64,000 bases of DNA from the human T2T-CHM13v2.0 reference genome, Homo sapiens, in assembly GCF_009914755.1 (NCBI RefSeq), contig NC_060937.1, one strand, 5' to 3'. The stretch's first letter is position 1; each line of letters begins with the position of its first letter. Of this stretch, positions 13,315-29,045 are shown piece by piece. The translations under genes were made by a program, and so were the position numbers. The notes under the pieces are model-generated. The model worked only from the letters and a program-made list of their open reading frames with translations, was not told where the DNA came from and made no database searches.

Positions 13315-13710
13315 TTATCAGTTATGATTAGCTTTGGCTACAAATGGCAAATAAAGTAAAATCTTCTTGAGCAAGATTATTTTTTCTTTCTTATGTATGG
13401 CTTACATTCTCAAAGTCCAGTATGGCTGCTAGAGCTTGGCCATTGCATCTGTATTCCAGGCAGCCAGAAGGAGAAATGGAAAAAGAATTATAGAAAAACA
13501 AAAAACAAAACTTTCCAACATAGCATATACCATTTCTACTTATATCCAATTAGCCAGATGTCAATCACATGGCCACATCTAGCTATAAGAAAGGTGGAGA
13601 AATTTTACTTTGGGTGACTATGTGTCCGTCTAAAAATGGGGTATTTTATACCTAAGGAAGAAGAAAAGAAAAAGAAGAAAACCTGTTATTGGGTAACAGC
13701 TAGATGTATC
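13315..13710. mobile_element. Old MLT1(J/K)-like LTR relic
   Basis: attagccagatgtcaatcacatggccacatctagct motif. Confidence 0.6.
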
Positions 13711-13927
13711 CACTAGATATTTAGCCAAAATGCCCAAAGTAGAACTATTTACAGTTCTGTACCTCTTTCTTTCCCACTGTGGGTTTCTCCTCAAATTTGC
13801 CAGTTTTCCAGTTTGAACTTAAATATACATATATATTTAGAAGCTAAAACTTCATGTTTTCTTTTATATTTTATATTTTTACACTCATAATTTTATTGGT
13901 TTAGTATTTCTAAATTTAACCTAATTA

Positions 13928-14272
<345 letters not shown>

Positions 14273-16109
14273 TTATAAATGACAAGATGTCTAAACAGGA
14301 TTTTTAAAGCTCAGTGTTAGTAGGAGAAATATACTAGTGAATGCTTTACACATTGGAGAACTAGGAATTTGTGCCCTCATTTCCAGAATTTCACTTTTCA
14401 CAAACTTCAGGAATATGAGTTTTTTTCCATTGTTATACAGCACCTACCTCCTGGCAACCATGTGCCAAGCATTATGCCAACTCATGGAAACAAACAGGAA
14501 GGAAGCATAGTGCCTGCCCTAGAGGCCCCACCACTGGAGTCTCGTTGGAGAGAAAAATAGAACTACAATCAGATAAATGATAACCGCAGACTAGTAAGTA
14601 AGCTAAAGCGGGTGTGAGCCTCAGGAGAGCAAACTTCGCCCTGCCCTGAGGAGCCAGGGAGGCCTTCATGGAGCAGGCAGCAGAGGTTCAGAGCAGTATG
14701 GGCTATCCCTTCTGGTCCATGCTAGTGATAAAGTCATACCAGTAACAAGAATCAATAAAGGCAGAAGAGAATTCCAACAGCATTTGAAGATGTATATACT
14801 ATCACTATTTATTTTAAATTACTATAGTAACTGTCAGGGCTTAGCGAGTAAAAGGAACTAAAAATCGTTCTGGTAATAAAGTAATTTAGCAAACACTTAC
14901 TGTGCATGTGTATATGTATATACATACACACAAAGTTTTATATGAGACAAAGAGATGTAAGAATGTGGTCCCCAGGCATGTGTTTCACATTCCAGGAGCT
15001 CCAGATCTGGAAGAGGGTCAGGCAGTGCACAACCAGCCTTGACATAGGCCTGCATGTGTAAGAAGTGCCACATGAATGGTGTGGACAGTAAATATGCTGA
15101 GACTTCAGGGACAGAAGACACATGCCTCAGGACCAGTTGCCTAGCTAGAAAATGCCTTCTAGATGAGAACAAGATTTATCAGGTGCCTAAAGCAGTAGAA
15201 TCGATAGGATTTGCTGAGTGTTGATGATGAGGAAGATAGGAAATTTCAGAAGAAAGGAACATTTTATGCAAAGGTCCTGAACAGAAAAATGACACTATCA
15301 GTTATCTTTGAGGAACCTAGAAATTGATCAATTTAGTTGATGCAGAAGGCATGTATTGTTAAAGGATAATCTTCAAAAACAGGCAAAAATATGACTCACA
15401 TAGAGATATAAAATGAACCTGTATTAAACATTTTATTTAACTTGTTATTAGTGCAGGATGTTACAACCAGTTAAATTCCAAAAAACAGACACATTTATAA
15501 ATCATCATTGAAATGAATGCAATCAGAGGCAAAACTGGCTTCTTTCATGTGGGGGAGGGAAGTCCACTGAACCTTCACTGGACAGTTTTTCATGTCTATA
15601 GACAAGAATTATTTTGCATTGCTATCAGGTATCTACCATTTATACAATTTTAAAATAGCTCAAAGGCATTGACAGGTATAGAGCCCCCATAGACTCAGAA
15701 TCAGATAACCCCTTGAGAGGTATGCTTTAGTTTTCCATTGTAAACAAACATTTCCTACAGTCTGGCAGAAGTTAAAAAAGAGATCAGGCGGCAGAGGTAG
15801 AAAGGGATCAGATTGTGGAAGATCTTAATGCCAGTGGGATGGGGCTATATGCATACCAGTATCAAGTTGTCAACTTGATGTTAGCCTTAAGGAGACAATG
15901 GTCATGAAGGCAGTAATGAAGAGACCTAAGGCATTTGGGGAACATGGCATTGATAAAGATTCTAAGCTAAAGGGGCCTAAACTAAAATGGAGGCAGTGAG
16001 ACTATAAGAAAGGACGATTATAAGCAAAATTATATAAGAAGGATAAACATTGGTTGAGAAAAGGAGAAACAAAGGATAACTGTAGTTTTAAGCATGATTT
16101 GGAGCGATT

Positions 16110-16500
16110 TCCATTCAATTAAACAAACAATGAGTGCCTGACACATACTAGGATCTGTGCAAGGTGCTGAAGTCACAAAAATGAATAAGACAGAGCCCTG
16201 TCCTCCAGGAATTCTCAATCCCAGAAGGAAGACAGTTATCTACACAAATAAAGTGGCAATGTAAACGCTATAATAGAGGTTGTATCAAGTGCTCTAGGAA
16301 CTCAGATAAAGGAGGAGTTAATGATGCTAGGAAGGTACACAAGTGTGTGCTACAAAAAGCAACCAAGGAGCAGTGACATTTAAAATAAGCCTTTTATCCA
16401 GATGAACAAATTGGGCCAGGGTATGCCAGGCAGCAGGGGTCTCACAGACAAAGGAGAAGTTGAAGGTGAAAAGAGCAGAGTGCTGGGAATGAGGGTAGAA
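16110..16500 (-). mobile_element. L2 relic
   Basis: attcaattaaacaaacaatgagtgcct...atgaataagacagagccctgtcctccagg pattern typical of the L2 3' end. Confidence 0.65.
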
Positions 16501-18089
16501 AGGTGGACTGAGCCCATTGCAGTGGGTAGTAGGAGCCGTGCTGAGGGGTCTAGATTATTTTCTATGGGCTATGAGCTCTTCAAGCAGAGGAAACTATACT
16601 TGGGGGCAGAAGACAAGAGAAGCCTGTAAATCCGTTATGCATACTGAGTTTTCAGGGAAGGTGAAATATCTCAAGAAAAATAACGGGTTCAGTTTATTAT
16701 GTGGTCACTCAACAAACACTGATAGAGACTAGAGCACATAAGTAAAGAACGTCATAAAGAGTTTAGTATCAGGAGGTGGGATCTACAAAAGAATGGCTAG
16801 AAAAAGGGTAGTTTGGAAAGTGGGAGAAGTCTAGAGATAGTGCTCTCTAGGGCAGGGATGGCCCATCACAGCAGCTGATGCAGGGACATCACGGAAGATG
16901 CAGACCAGGAAGAACTGGAGGTTAGCAGCTAGGAGCTCACTGGAAGTGGCTTTGAGGAAGGCTTTTGCTGCAATGGCTATTCATGGATGTGTAGAGTGCA
17001 TTTTCATAGTCGATGGACTAATGTTAAATACTTTGAAGCTTACTTTCACAAGCTAAGTTATAGTGGCTGATTATGATTGGTAGCACCTAAATAACAAAGC
17101 AGCGTGCTAGAACATAATCATGGAACCAGTGATGAGTTCCTTATCTGGCATCTGTGGAGAGCATCTATGAATGAAAGGCATGTGAGCTCACCATTTTACC
17201 TTCAAGTGGTTTTCTTCGTTGTACAGACATCTTTTTACAATAAAAGTCCACAGCATTTTATTTCAGATTCTCCAAAGAAACAATAGCCAACAACAAAGAA
17301 CTACTCATCCAACCGTGATGAGCGTGGGCCTGGGTGGGTGATGATCAAATTAGCCCATTTTTAAAAGTGAAAAAGCAACACTCCAAAATAACTCTTACTT
17401 GAGGGAGTTTGTGACCCTTACCTGTTGGAGATTGTATTAATGACAGCCACTAGATACAGTTACTCTCAGAAATGAAAATTCTAGCTGATGAATGAAGTCA
17501 GAAACGAATATTCTTTCACATACCTTCCAGCTACATGCAAATGCTTGCTTGTTGATTTGCTCTGCCCTTGGCTTTTAGACCTTTGCTTATGTAGTATTTA
17601 ATGATGATATAAACATACAATGTGTTAAATAATACCAAAAATTGTATGCTGTACAATGTTTTTCTGTTTGAAGTATTATTTCAACTTTTAAAACAGTCTC
17701 ATACAGTAAGTGGAAGTTATTTTCTCTTTGCATAATAAAGTCTGATTACTCTGCAAAGGAGCATGTGTCAGAGCAATCAGAATTCAGATCCTTATTGTCA
17801 CAGATGAATTGTCCTACTATGCTTTGGCATTTCACGAGGAACAGCATAGAAGATAAGAGAAAGTACAGGAAGCTAATTAAGACAGGGCAACATCATAGGA
17901 TTCTGGGGAAGAAATCCTTTCCAGGAGAACCTGGTGAATACTGTCATTTGCTCAGGAGACTTCAAGGGAAATTATTGCAAAAAAGGCCATTGGTTGGCCA
18001 TTGAATTGTCCCTGCTGATTTTTCAAATAAAGGTGCCAATAATGTGGCAAGGACAGAAATCAGATTTCAGGGATCAAGAAGAGAGTTGG

Positions 18090-18468
<379 letters not shown>

Positions 18469-21074
18469 TCAGGAAGAAGGACAGATAATTGAGAATTAGA
18501 TGAGAAAGGGGAGAGCAGGATCATATGAGGGCTACATGTGTTTTACAGAACGCTCTTATACCAAATGAAGTACAGGAGCTTCACACTGTGCCTTCTTGCA
18601 GAGGGTTGTGTCCATTTGTCACAACCCACTTATATTTGGACTCAACACTTTTCTCAGAGTGGTTGAGGATCCTGAGTTAATTGGTTTTATTCAATTGATT
18701 GATTCTGATTCCAGAATAGTCATGAGTTACTATCCTCAGTGTCCTTTCTCATTGGCTTTGAAGTGAGCTGTTGCCTGCAGCAAACTCAGGGAGCCAGATG
18801 TTTGCTACCTTTCTCTCAAGGGTCTAATGCAGGACAGACATTGCTCAGTGACCTCTAATGCAAGCATTTGCAAGGCGCCAGGCAAAAGGCTTTGTATTTA
18901 CATCTGCTGGAGTCAGAAAAGAATGGGAACACAAACTAAGTTGCAAGGGTTCTAATGAAGACCCTGGGAGTTTGTGCTTGGACACGGGATAGGTGGGGCT
19001 TTTCAGGTTCCCACAATATACTTAGAAAGTGACATTTCTTCAGCTCTGGTGAATAAAATCCTGACAGCAAATTCTGTTACTTATTCTGTTATTAACTTAG
19101 CCTGTGATCTCATCACAGTCATTTTTTGTCTTTTTTTTTTAATGCTCCTCTTTCTATATTTGGAAATGAAAGAAGGAAACACATTTTGGAAGGTTTATTA
19201 TGTGCCCCACGTTTTATAGCATCTCATTTGTCCTCTTAAAATCCCAATGAGGTAAGTATTTAGTCCCATTTTACAGCTGAGAACACAAAGCATCAGAGAA
19301 ATGGTGGCATGCCAAGCTTATACAGCTATAAGAGGCAGAGTTGTAACTTGAACCCAAGACCATTTGATCATCCCATACACTAGAGAAACTATGAAAACAT
19401 GGCACGTGAGTGGTCAGTCTCACATGTTGGGTTCTGAGAACATTAAGCTGTAACTATTTGCAATTGAATGTGACTTATATTCTTAACTAGTGTCATATCC
19501 GTGAATTGCAGATCATTTGCCCAAACATTCTAAGTAACTTCAGTTAAGGTTTTCTTCCAGATGTTATGTCTTACATACTTTTGTGTACTTGTGTACTTAT
19601 GTACCGTTTACTTTATTTCTTAATATGTTAAAATACTATCTGTAAACAGGAAACACATGGTTAAACATATTCACACCTCTATAACTGAGCTAAAATCACT
19701 TTCTACCATCTTGGTAGTAGTAATTTTCCGGAAAAGGAAGCAGATGAAGAATGTAAGCAATTAAGAGTGAAAACAATTTAACTGGCATTGGATTTATATT
19801 AGTGTTAGTCAGCATTGCTTTAATTATTCTCTAGTGGAACACTGTTCTATGAAATGAACTAAGATGTTAAAATCAAAGAATCTTTTCCTAACTTGAATGA
19901 AAAAAAATATTTAATGTATAGATTTTTATGATATTGTTTTTCTATGAAACTATTCTTAAATCTTTGTCGTTACTCATCAAATACTATAATCTAGCAATAG
20001 TATGATATGTGATCAAGTATAAATAAATTGCATTTGAAATTAAGATATCAGCATTTTATGGTATTACACAGTGAGTATCGTGGCCCTCAGAGTTGCTTGA
20101 CCACTTGAATTTGTTAGAGAAATTAAACCATCAGTGCAGTTACTTTAAAGTTATTCATTAAATGTTCCATTTATGAGAAGCCAGTCTTATTACTATAAAA
20201 TATGGAATGACTCCACTGAGTAATTATTCAAACACTTATATGTAAAGTTTCCTTCTTTGCGTTTAACAAGTATAATGAAATGCTTATGAAAAATCAATGT
20301 CTTAGCTGCAGCATAACAGTCTCTTTTGGCCTATTTATACATAAACTGCCAAAGTAAACATTAAAACATTTACAAAGTACATTTAGTTTTCTTCTGTATC
20401 CCCCCAAAAAAGAAAACACAAGTATGAAATAGTCCTGTGATTCTGTGCACTTCATCTCTTCATGCTGCCCAGTACCTAGCTCACTAGCTCATCTGTGGTG
20501 GAAGAATATGATCATTTAAATGCAACAAGAACATCTTTGTAAATGGGCCTGCCCTCTTTCATCAGGAGCACAGAGCTAGAATTCATCTTACCATTGGCTC
20601 TGCTTCCCGTAAATGAAGGAGTTGAGTAACCAAGAAGCCAGCTAGACCTTCCTCCCTTCCTGAGCTTTGAGGGCCAGGTCTTTGCAAATTCCACCCTTCC
20701 TTCCTGAAAGCCTGGGCTCAGAAGGGCAGTAACAGAAAGATGGAAAAACACACACATCCACCCCATGCTGACCTTTCATCCCTTCTAAGATGGTTTCAGT
20801 GTTTTGCCATGGAAAGTATGCCCAGTAGATCTAACACCAAGAATGGATTCAGGGTGACTTTTTAATGGGGGAGAAAAAAATATTTTAAGAAATTATTATA
20901 GATGAAGTCTGATGAACACTGTGGAAGTTCTCTATGGAGAATGGGGGTTCCACATACATGAGGTAGCGGAACATTGCATGCATTGCCCAGAGATGTTTAG
21001 GAGTCAAACGTAAGTTTCCATCTCTTTTATGGGTCTGTAGTGAGTATTGGAACTTATAAATATCCCACACAAGT

Positions 21075-21465
21075 ATTTTTTGAATAAACTTTTTATTTTG
21101 AAATAGTTTTGGATTTGCAGAAAAGTTGCAAAGATAATTCAGGCAGTTGCCAGTTTCCCCTGCTGCTATAGCATCTTACACTGCCATGGTACTTTTGTCA
21201 CAACTAAGAAACCAGCATAGGTACATTATTGTTTTATGTGTTGGGCTTTTTTAGTGGTTTACTATAAAGGAGATTGCAAAGGATATAGATGAAGAGATGT
21301 GTAGGGCAAGCTGTTGGGGAGGGGGTGCAGTTTCCATGCACATTATTGTTAACTAAACTCTACTGTGCTTTATTTGTATTTCCTTTCTTTTTCTCTGATA
21401 TCTTTTTTCCGTTCCAAGATACCATTCAGCATACCACATGAACGTTTAGTCATCATGTCTCCTTA
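21075..21465 (-). mobile_element. Old L1 (L1MB/L1MC-like) 3' end, interrupted by a small TSD-flanked insert
   Basis: tttgcagaaaagttgcaaagata, catggtacttttgtcacaactaagaaacca, tttagtcatcatgtctcc motifs. Confidence 0.75.
21234..21339 (-). mobile_element. MER21-like LTR fragment flanked by an 11-bp TSD
   Basis: taaaggagattgcaaaggatatagatgaagagatgtgtagggc resembles MER21; TSD acattattgtt at 21223-21233 and 21340-21350. Confidence 0.7.
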
Positions 21466-22689
21466 GATTCGGCAGATTTACACAAGTATTTTTAAATTAT
21501 TGAAATATAACTGTAATGCTTTGAAATTTCGTTACCTATGTAATAATTAAGATAGTCATCCTATAGTCAGAAACTCTGAATTCTGATCCCTTTTTCTTCA
21601 ATGGGAGGAATGTCCTTCATTTCTCAATTCAAAACATTTTAGATGTTGGTGACTTCGGAAAGTAAATATCCTTTCTCATGTTGGGATAACTTTAGAAAGA
21701 ATTAGTGAATTACTACCTTGCCACATCATGATTAGCTTTCTTCTGAAAAGTTACTGCTGTTACATTCATGACCACAGCAGGAAAAATATGTCTTGGCTGT
21801 GGATTTCACTAGAGTCAAGGGAAGGGTGACTCTTTAAATAATTAGATTGCTCTTCAGTTTTAAAAAGTTTATGCTGACTAGGTTAACAGGGCAGGCTGAA
21901 TGCAATAGCCTATTTATTTTTACCTTATATTAACTCATAACTAAAGATAATGTACAATTTTGTATGTGTACATATAACCATCATTATGGGAGAGACAGCA
22001 TGAAGTAGGCTATGAAGTGGTAGAATGTGAGAAAGAAAGCAATAAATATTTTGTTCAATCTTAAGGTTTCTTTTAAAGGTGACAGTGGAAAATCCTATTG
22101 ACACAAAGCACTTTAGCTCCCTTTGCTCTCATTTCCTGCTTTATAAAAGGAAGTGAAGCCCGGCCTGCTTAACTGCAGAAATATTGTGAGTTAACTAAGG
22201 ATTTCCATTTCTTCTGCCATCTCTGCTTCTCAGGCCGAGATCACAGAATGCCTGGAATCACTGCCATCACCTCATGCAGTTCAAGCATGTGTGTGAATTT
22301 GCCTCCACATCACCCCACTGTTTGGGGGATTCAGCCTCCCCATACACAGTTTGTATGGGCTTATGTCCCTATTCAAAAATCTTTAGAGTCTTCTCATTTT
22401 CTAGAGAAGAAAAATTTTCAGCATTATGTTCCTTCACTCTGGCAAAATAAAGTCTTCATACCAGTCAGATATTTCTTCTTTCATTTCACTCAAAACCTTC
22501 GTCACATCAATTGTGATAATCATCAACAGTTACTTTATACCTTCATTACTAAAGGCTTTTTCTACCTTGAGTCTTTGCTTTTTTTTTTCTTGGGTCTCAT
22601 CTCAAATTTCTACCCTTTCTAAAATAGTCCCAGGTAAACTCTCATCTTCATTTCTCTTAAATTCCCAGCCTCCTTCTCCCTCTAGTGAT

Positions 22690-23560
22690 CTGACCTAAGA
22701 ACCCCTGGTTTTCACATGCACTCTATATGTTAGTATGTTTCCTTCTGGTCCTGTTTTCTGCATATGTATACTTACATAGTATCTCTAACAAATTGGAATC
22801 ATACCAATTAAATGATTCTTCATTTTTTTCATTTACCATATCATGAACATTTTCATGTCATATTTTTATATTTATATTAAAATATGATTTTAATGGTTTC
22901 AAAAATAGTCCACACCAAATTCCACATCTTATTAAGCATTTACATGTAGTTGGACATTTATGTTGTTTCCATCCTTTTGCTATAATAAATAATGCTGTCC
23001 TGCACCTTCTTACTTATCTTTAATTATGGACTTGAGATAAATTCTAAGAGTGGCCTTCTTGGGAATGATTTTTATTAGGTTCTTGATATGTATTTCCAGA
23101 GATGTTATGCCTGTTTTTTTCTATCAGCGGTATATGAATATATCCACTTTATCACTGCTCATCAACTCTGGGCGTTATAATTTGCTTATACAGTTTGTTG
23201 ATTAGCTAGTTAAAACCCATTTCATTGTAGTTTTACATATTCTGGAGACAAGGCCTTAGTCAGACATGTGTTTCGCAAATATTTTCTCCCACTCTGTGGT
23301 TTGTCCCTTATCACGATCTTAACTGAATTCTTCTAAAAGCAGAAGTTTTTGGTTTTGAAGAGTTTCATTATATGAAATTTTATCATAGACTTTGCTTATG
23401 GGGCCGTACCTAAGAAATCCTTGCCTAATACAAAGTCACAAAGGTTTTATCCTATGTTTTCTTGGAGTTTTATATTTTTAGGTTTTATACTTAAATTTAT
23501 GAGGCATTTTGTGGAAACTTTTGCATAGAGTAATGAGATATGGATTGAAGTGTTTTTTTA
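22690..23560 (-). mobile_element. Old L1M(C/E) fragments
   Basis: gcaaatattttctcccactctgtgg, ctaagaaatccttgcctaa, gtcacaaaggttttatcctatgttttc. Confidence 0.7.
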
Positions 23561-24217
23561 TAGTAATCAGTTAAAAAATCAGGACTCTTTCCAGATAAGG
23601 AAATTAGAATAACAATTCTACCAAAGGCACATTTGTTCTTTAAAGAAAAAGGGAGAAGTTTGCCTTTAATGTAACAGGGGGTAAATTATTGCTGCCCATT
23701 TATATTTTGAGTCTAATTTGGAGCATACTTCAAATTAATGAATGAATAATTATTGTCCAAAACCATACATTATTATTACCACTTAGGTTATTTGGTGATG
23801 GGGGCAGATTTGTTTATATCATGTAAATTATTAATGTAACTGTATTCATATATTTATACAACAAACATTTTTAGGACGGAAGAAGCATTCATCTACTTTA
23901 GGCAGATGAACGTGGGAACATAATATCTTTGCAGTTCCATGAATAACCTGTATGCAATTAACATCTGATTTCTAGAATGAAAGGGAGTCAAAGTAATTAA
24001 CTTTCTTGAACTACAAAATTATTCTTATATGGGGAACATTTGTCACCATTAAGAGACAGGCTCTTGGGAATGTACTAATAAAGATTATGAAAGAAAGGAC
24101 TGTGATACGGAAGAAAATATTTTAGTGAGTAGTGCTTGGGGTTACTTGTGAAATAAAAAGTTTCTCAGTAATTGGCAGTGCTACCAGTGTTCTAATCACC
24201 TGCATTTTCCTCCATAG

Positions 24218-24373
<156 letters not shown>

Positions 24374-25469
24374 TAAGGATCATGGTTTTATTTTGTTTTG
24401 TTTTCAGGAAACATAAATCAAAATTAGAGTTACAAGGCAATTGGGTCTTCCTGACTCTTCACAAGGATGCCTAGCAGGTGCTGCAGGGGCCCTGTGTCTG
24501 TAGCAGGTAACCCATTTGGAGCACCGAGTCACTGCCAGCCGTCACGGGTTGAAAATTCATACACAGCTTTATTTCAACTTTGGTGGAGACAGGTGTGAAG
24601 GGCCACAGGTCACTTTCTTGCCAGCTTCTTTCCTCTGCCCTCTCCCACTGAGTCTACACCCAAAGCAGAATGCTGACTTCAGGCCTTGCGTGACATGCCA
24701 AGATATTTTAGTCCTCGTTCCAGTAACCTTGAGTGCTCAGTGTACTGTAGTGGGAAGGACGCTGGACTGGACGTTAGTGGTAGTCCTGGCGCTGCCACTA
24801 TTTAGCCATGTGACTTTGGGCAGCTCCCCGCCTCTCTGTACCTCAGCCTCCTTGTGAGCAAAACAAGGAAGTTAGGTGACACCATCTCCAACTCCTCCTT
24901 CCAGCTGAGTATTTTGTTTATTTATTCTCTGTTCCCTTCTTCCTGTGGGTTTGAAAAATGGAACTTGCTGCTCCAGGAGCATATCAGCATCTGTAAAACT
25001 TAAGATTCTCATTAATGTGTGTCCTCCCCAAATTTTAGGTAAGCACATATAATTTCATATGTTTAGTCAACCTATAGCAAGGCAGTGAATATAAGAAAGA
25101 TTAATACACTTACCTTTTTTAAAAAAAATAAAAGATTATTTTAAAAAGTAGTTAGATTTCTCCACATGAATGGATTATTCCAATTAAAAAAATACTTTTA
25201 AAGTCTGTAAACTGAAATTAATCAACCAGAAAATCAGACATTAACTACTTTTTGTGAATGATTTATTTCTCTCATTTTTCTTGAAAGTCCTAATACTGTT
25301 TCAAAAGACTTCTTTTGAAATAGAAGAATTGTAACATTACCATGTTACACTTCAACAAAATTTGTAATCTGCTTTTATAATGTGCTTGAATTTATGCAAG
25401 ATTTAATCATATAATTTTGTTTGGGAGAGAGATTAATAACTTTTTCGTATTGAATTTTTTTTAGTGAAG

Positions 25470-25640
25470 AAGGAAATTTTTAGAATTTTTAGATATAACT
25501 CAGATGCCATAAAATTCACCCTTTTAAAGTATATAATTCAATGTTTTTAGTATATTTACAGGGTTGTACAACCATTACCACTCTAATTTCAGAACATTTT
25601 TATCACCCCCAAATCCTGTACCCATTAGCAGCCTCTCCTC
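25470..25640 (-). mobile_element. L1MB-like 3' terminal fragment
   Basis: ccataaaattcacccttttaaagtatataattca...cagaacatttttatcacccc. Confidence 0.75.
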
Positions 25641-27405
25641 ATGAATATTTTTTTAATTTATCAGGTTTTAAAAATAGAATTTAAATTGTTTATCTGAAAA
25701 ATGGTTCAGACCATGTGATTAAGAAATTAAAAGGATCATTTTATTATTTTTTCCATATTACATGTTGTCTTATGAACAGATATTAAACCTTCCCAGGGGC
25801 AGGGAGTGGGACAGTTTTTAGTGAGTTGAATTGAGTTTTAGTTTTGTTCCTCTGTTTTGTCAGAATTTAGTTGCTGAAATTAGATTTTTCATGAATTGAT
25901 TTCTTTATGGATTAAAAATTATAGTTTTTAAAATTGTGTTACTGATTATTTTCAGGAGATCAGAGTAAGTACTGAGATCAGATAAAGAATCAGGACAGTA
26001 AAATTTGACTTAGTAGCATTTTAGTTAATGCTTGAATTTTTAAAATAAGAGAGAAAATGTGCTTAGAAAACAGCCAAATGAATGAAGCTCTCTAGGGTAT
26101 GGTGTAGCTAAATGTGAGTTTCTGCTACTAGGAAAAAAAGGTTGGGGGGACTTTAAGGAGGAGCATAAACTACTGAAAATAGATGTCAGGGATGCACATT
26201 GGGTTGTGATTTCTGAGATTAGTACAGTATCAGCATTTGGACTGCCAAATAAATCTGTCAAATGTCTCTGGCTCCTGGCAGTTAGACTGCAAACCAGCAA
26301 TAAAGTTGAATTCATTATTAGAAATGTATATGTCTTACTTTGATTTGAAAACATAATTTGGCTTATTAAATAAAATAGAATCAAAGGTCTACATTTTTTT
26401 TTCTGCCAAGAACTGCTACTTTCTCAGGTTCCTCTGGCCACTTGTAAAGACCCTTAGCATCCAGCACAAAAATACTCTCTCTACTGCTGCTGGCCATCTC
26501 TGGGAGTTCTCCTTCCTTTTGGTCTTTCCAACTTCCTGTCTCCTTATTCTATAATATAATGGATATAAAGCCTGATTTCTGAGTGCCCTCCTTTTTAATG
26601 CAGCTGCATAGATTTTCCTTTCCCCCAGCTCGCAGTGCCGCTTACTAGTTCCAGTGGGTCTTGAAGGACTTTAGATAGATGGTTTTGTTCACAGCTCTTT
26701 CTCCTGGCAGGGCTGTTCATAAATGATCCTGAAAGAATGAGTTCCTACTCTGTTGATACATTTACTCCTTGAAAGATAAACATGCAAGTTCCTTCTTAAC
26801 GCGTTCTGTCATCCACCAGCCTTAATTTGACTTGCTCAAAGTTACAGAGCACTCCAGAAGGTCTTCTTTATATCTTAAATATCACATTATTTTCTTCTTA
26901 TTCCCTTTTGACTAAAGAGAAAAACATTCCAGATTTAAAATAGTCTTGATTTATTTTGAAAAGATCTTCCTGGCAAGTCTAAATCCTGTCATCCCTCCTC
27001 ATTGGTTTTATTTAATATATACTATTGAGCATTTATGTGTTTGGGAAATTATGCTAAATACTTTACATGTTTTATCTTCTCAAACTATTATGTAAGTACT
27101 ATTATTCACATTTTGTAGATGGAGAAATTGCCGATAAATAGAAGAGGCATAATTTTATGCCAGACTGTTCCACACCAGAGTCAGTGCTCTAGGCCACTTC
27201 TTGTGCCAAGGAGCCCAGCAGTAATTTCATCTGTCTTTGTTCAATTCCAAATGAGCCCTCAATCAGTGTGTTAGTCAAGCAGAAAATGGGGTAGAGGGAC
27301 TGCCTTCCTGTTCTTCTGACAGTGCTGATTCTGCTTCTAACTTTTTTAAACATTTATTTATTTTTCCGTACGTTATTGGGGTACAGGTGGTATTTGATTA
27401 CATGA

Positions 27406-27843
<438 letters not shown>

Positions 27844-29045
27844 CACATTGTATCATTCTGATGCCTTTGCATACTCACAGCTTAGCTCCCACATATCAAT
27901 AGAATGTTTGGTTTTCCATTCCTGAGTTACTTAACTTAGAATAATAGTCTCCAATCTCATCCAGGTCACTGCAAATGCTGTTAATTCATTCCTTTTTATG
28001 GCTGCATAGTATTCGATCATATATATATACCACAGTTTCTTTATCCACTCATTGATTGATGGGCGTTTAGGTTGGTTTACGATTTTGCTATCATGATTTG
28101 TGCCACTATAAACATGCATGTGCAAGTATCTTTTTCGAATAATGACTTCTTTTCCTCTGGGTAGATACCCAGTAGTGGGATTGCTGGATCAAATGGTAAT
28201 TCTACTTTTAGTTCTTTATGGAATCTCCACACTGTTTTCCATAGCAGCTATACTAGTTTATATTCCCACCAGCATTGCAGAAGTGTTCCCTGTTCACTGC
28301 ATCCACGCCAACATCTACGGGTTTTTTTGTTTTTTGTTTTTTGTTTTTATGGCCGTTCTTGCAGGAGTAAGTTGGTATCACATGTGGTTTTGATTTGCAT
28401 TTCCCTGATCATTAGTCATGTTGAGATATTTTTTCATATGTTTGTTGGCCATTTGTATGTCTTCTTCTGAGAATTGTCTACTCATGACCTTAGCCCACTT
28501 TTTGGTGGGGTGGTTTTTTTCTTACTGATTTGTTGGCATTCATTTTAGATTCTAGATATTAGTCCTTTGTCAGATGTATAGATTGTGAAGATTTTCTCCC
28601 ACTCTGTGGGTTGTCTGTTTACTCTGCTGACTGTTCCTTTTGCCGTGCAAAAGCTCTTTAGTTTAATTAGGTCCCAGCTATTTATCTTTGTTTTTATTGC
28701 ATTTGCTTTTGGGTTTTGGGTCATGAAATCCTTGCCTAAGTCAGTGTCTAGAAGGGTTTTTCCAATGTTATCTTCTAGAATTTTTATAGTTTCAGGTCTT
28801 AGGTTTAAGTCCTTAATCCATCTTGAGTTGATTTTTGTATAAGGTGAGAGATGAAGATCTAGTTTCATTCTCCTACATGTGGCTAGCCAATTATCCCAGC
28901 ACCATTTGTTGAAAAGGGTGCCCTCTCCCTACTTTATGTTTTTGTATGTTTTGTCGAAGATCAGTTAGCTGTAAACACCACATAAACAGAATTAAAAACA
29001 AAAATCACATGTTCATCCCAATAGATGCAGAAAAAGCATTAGACA

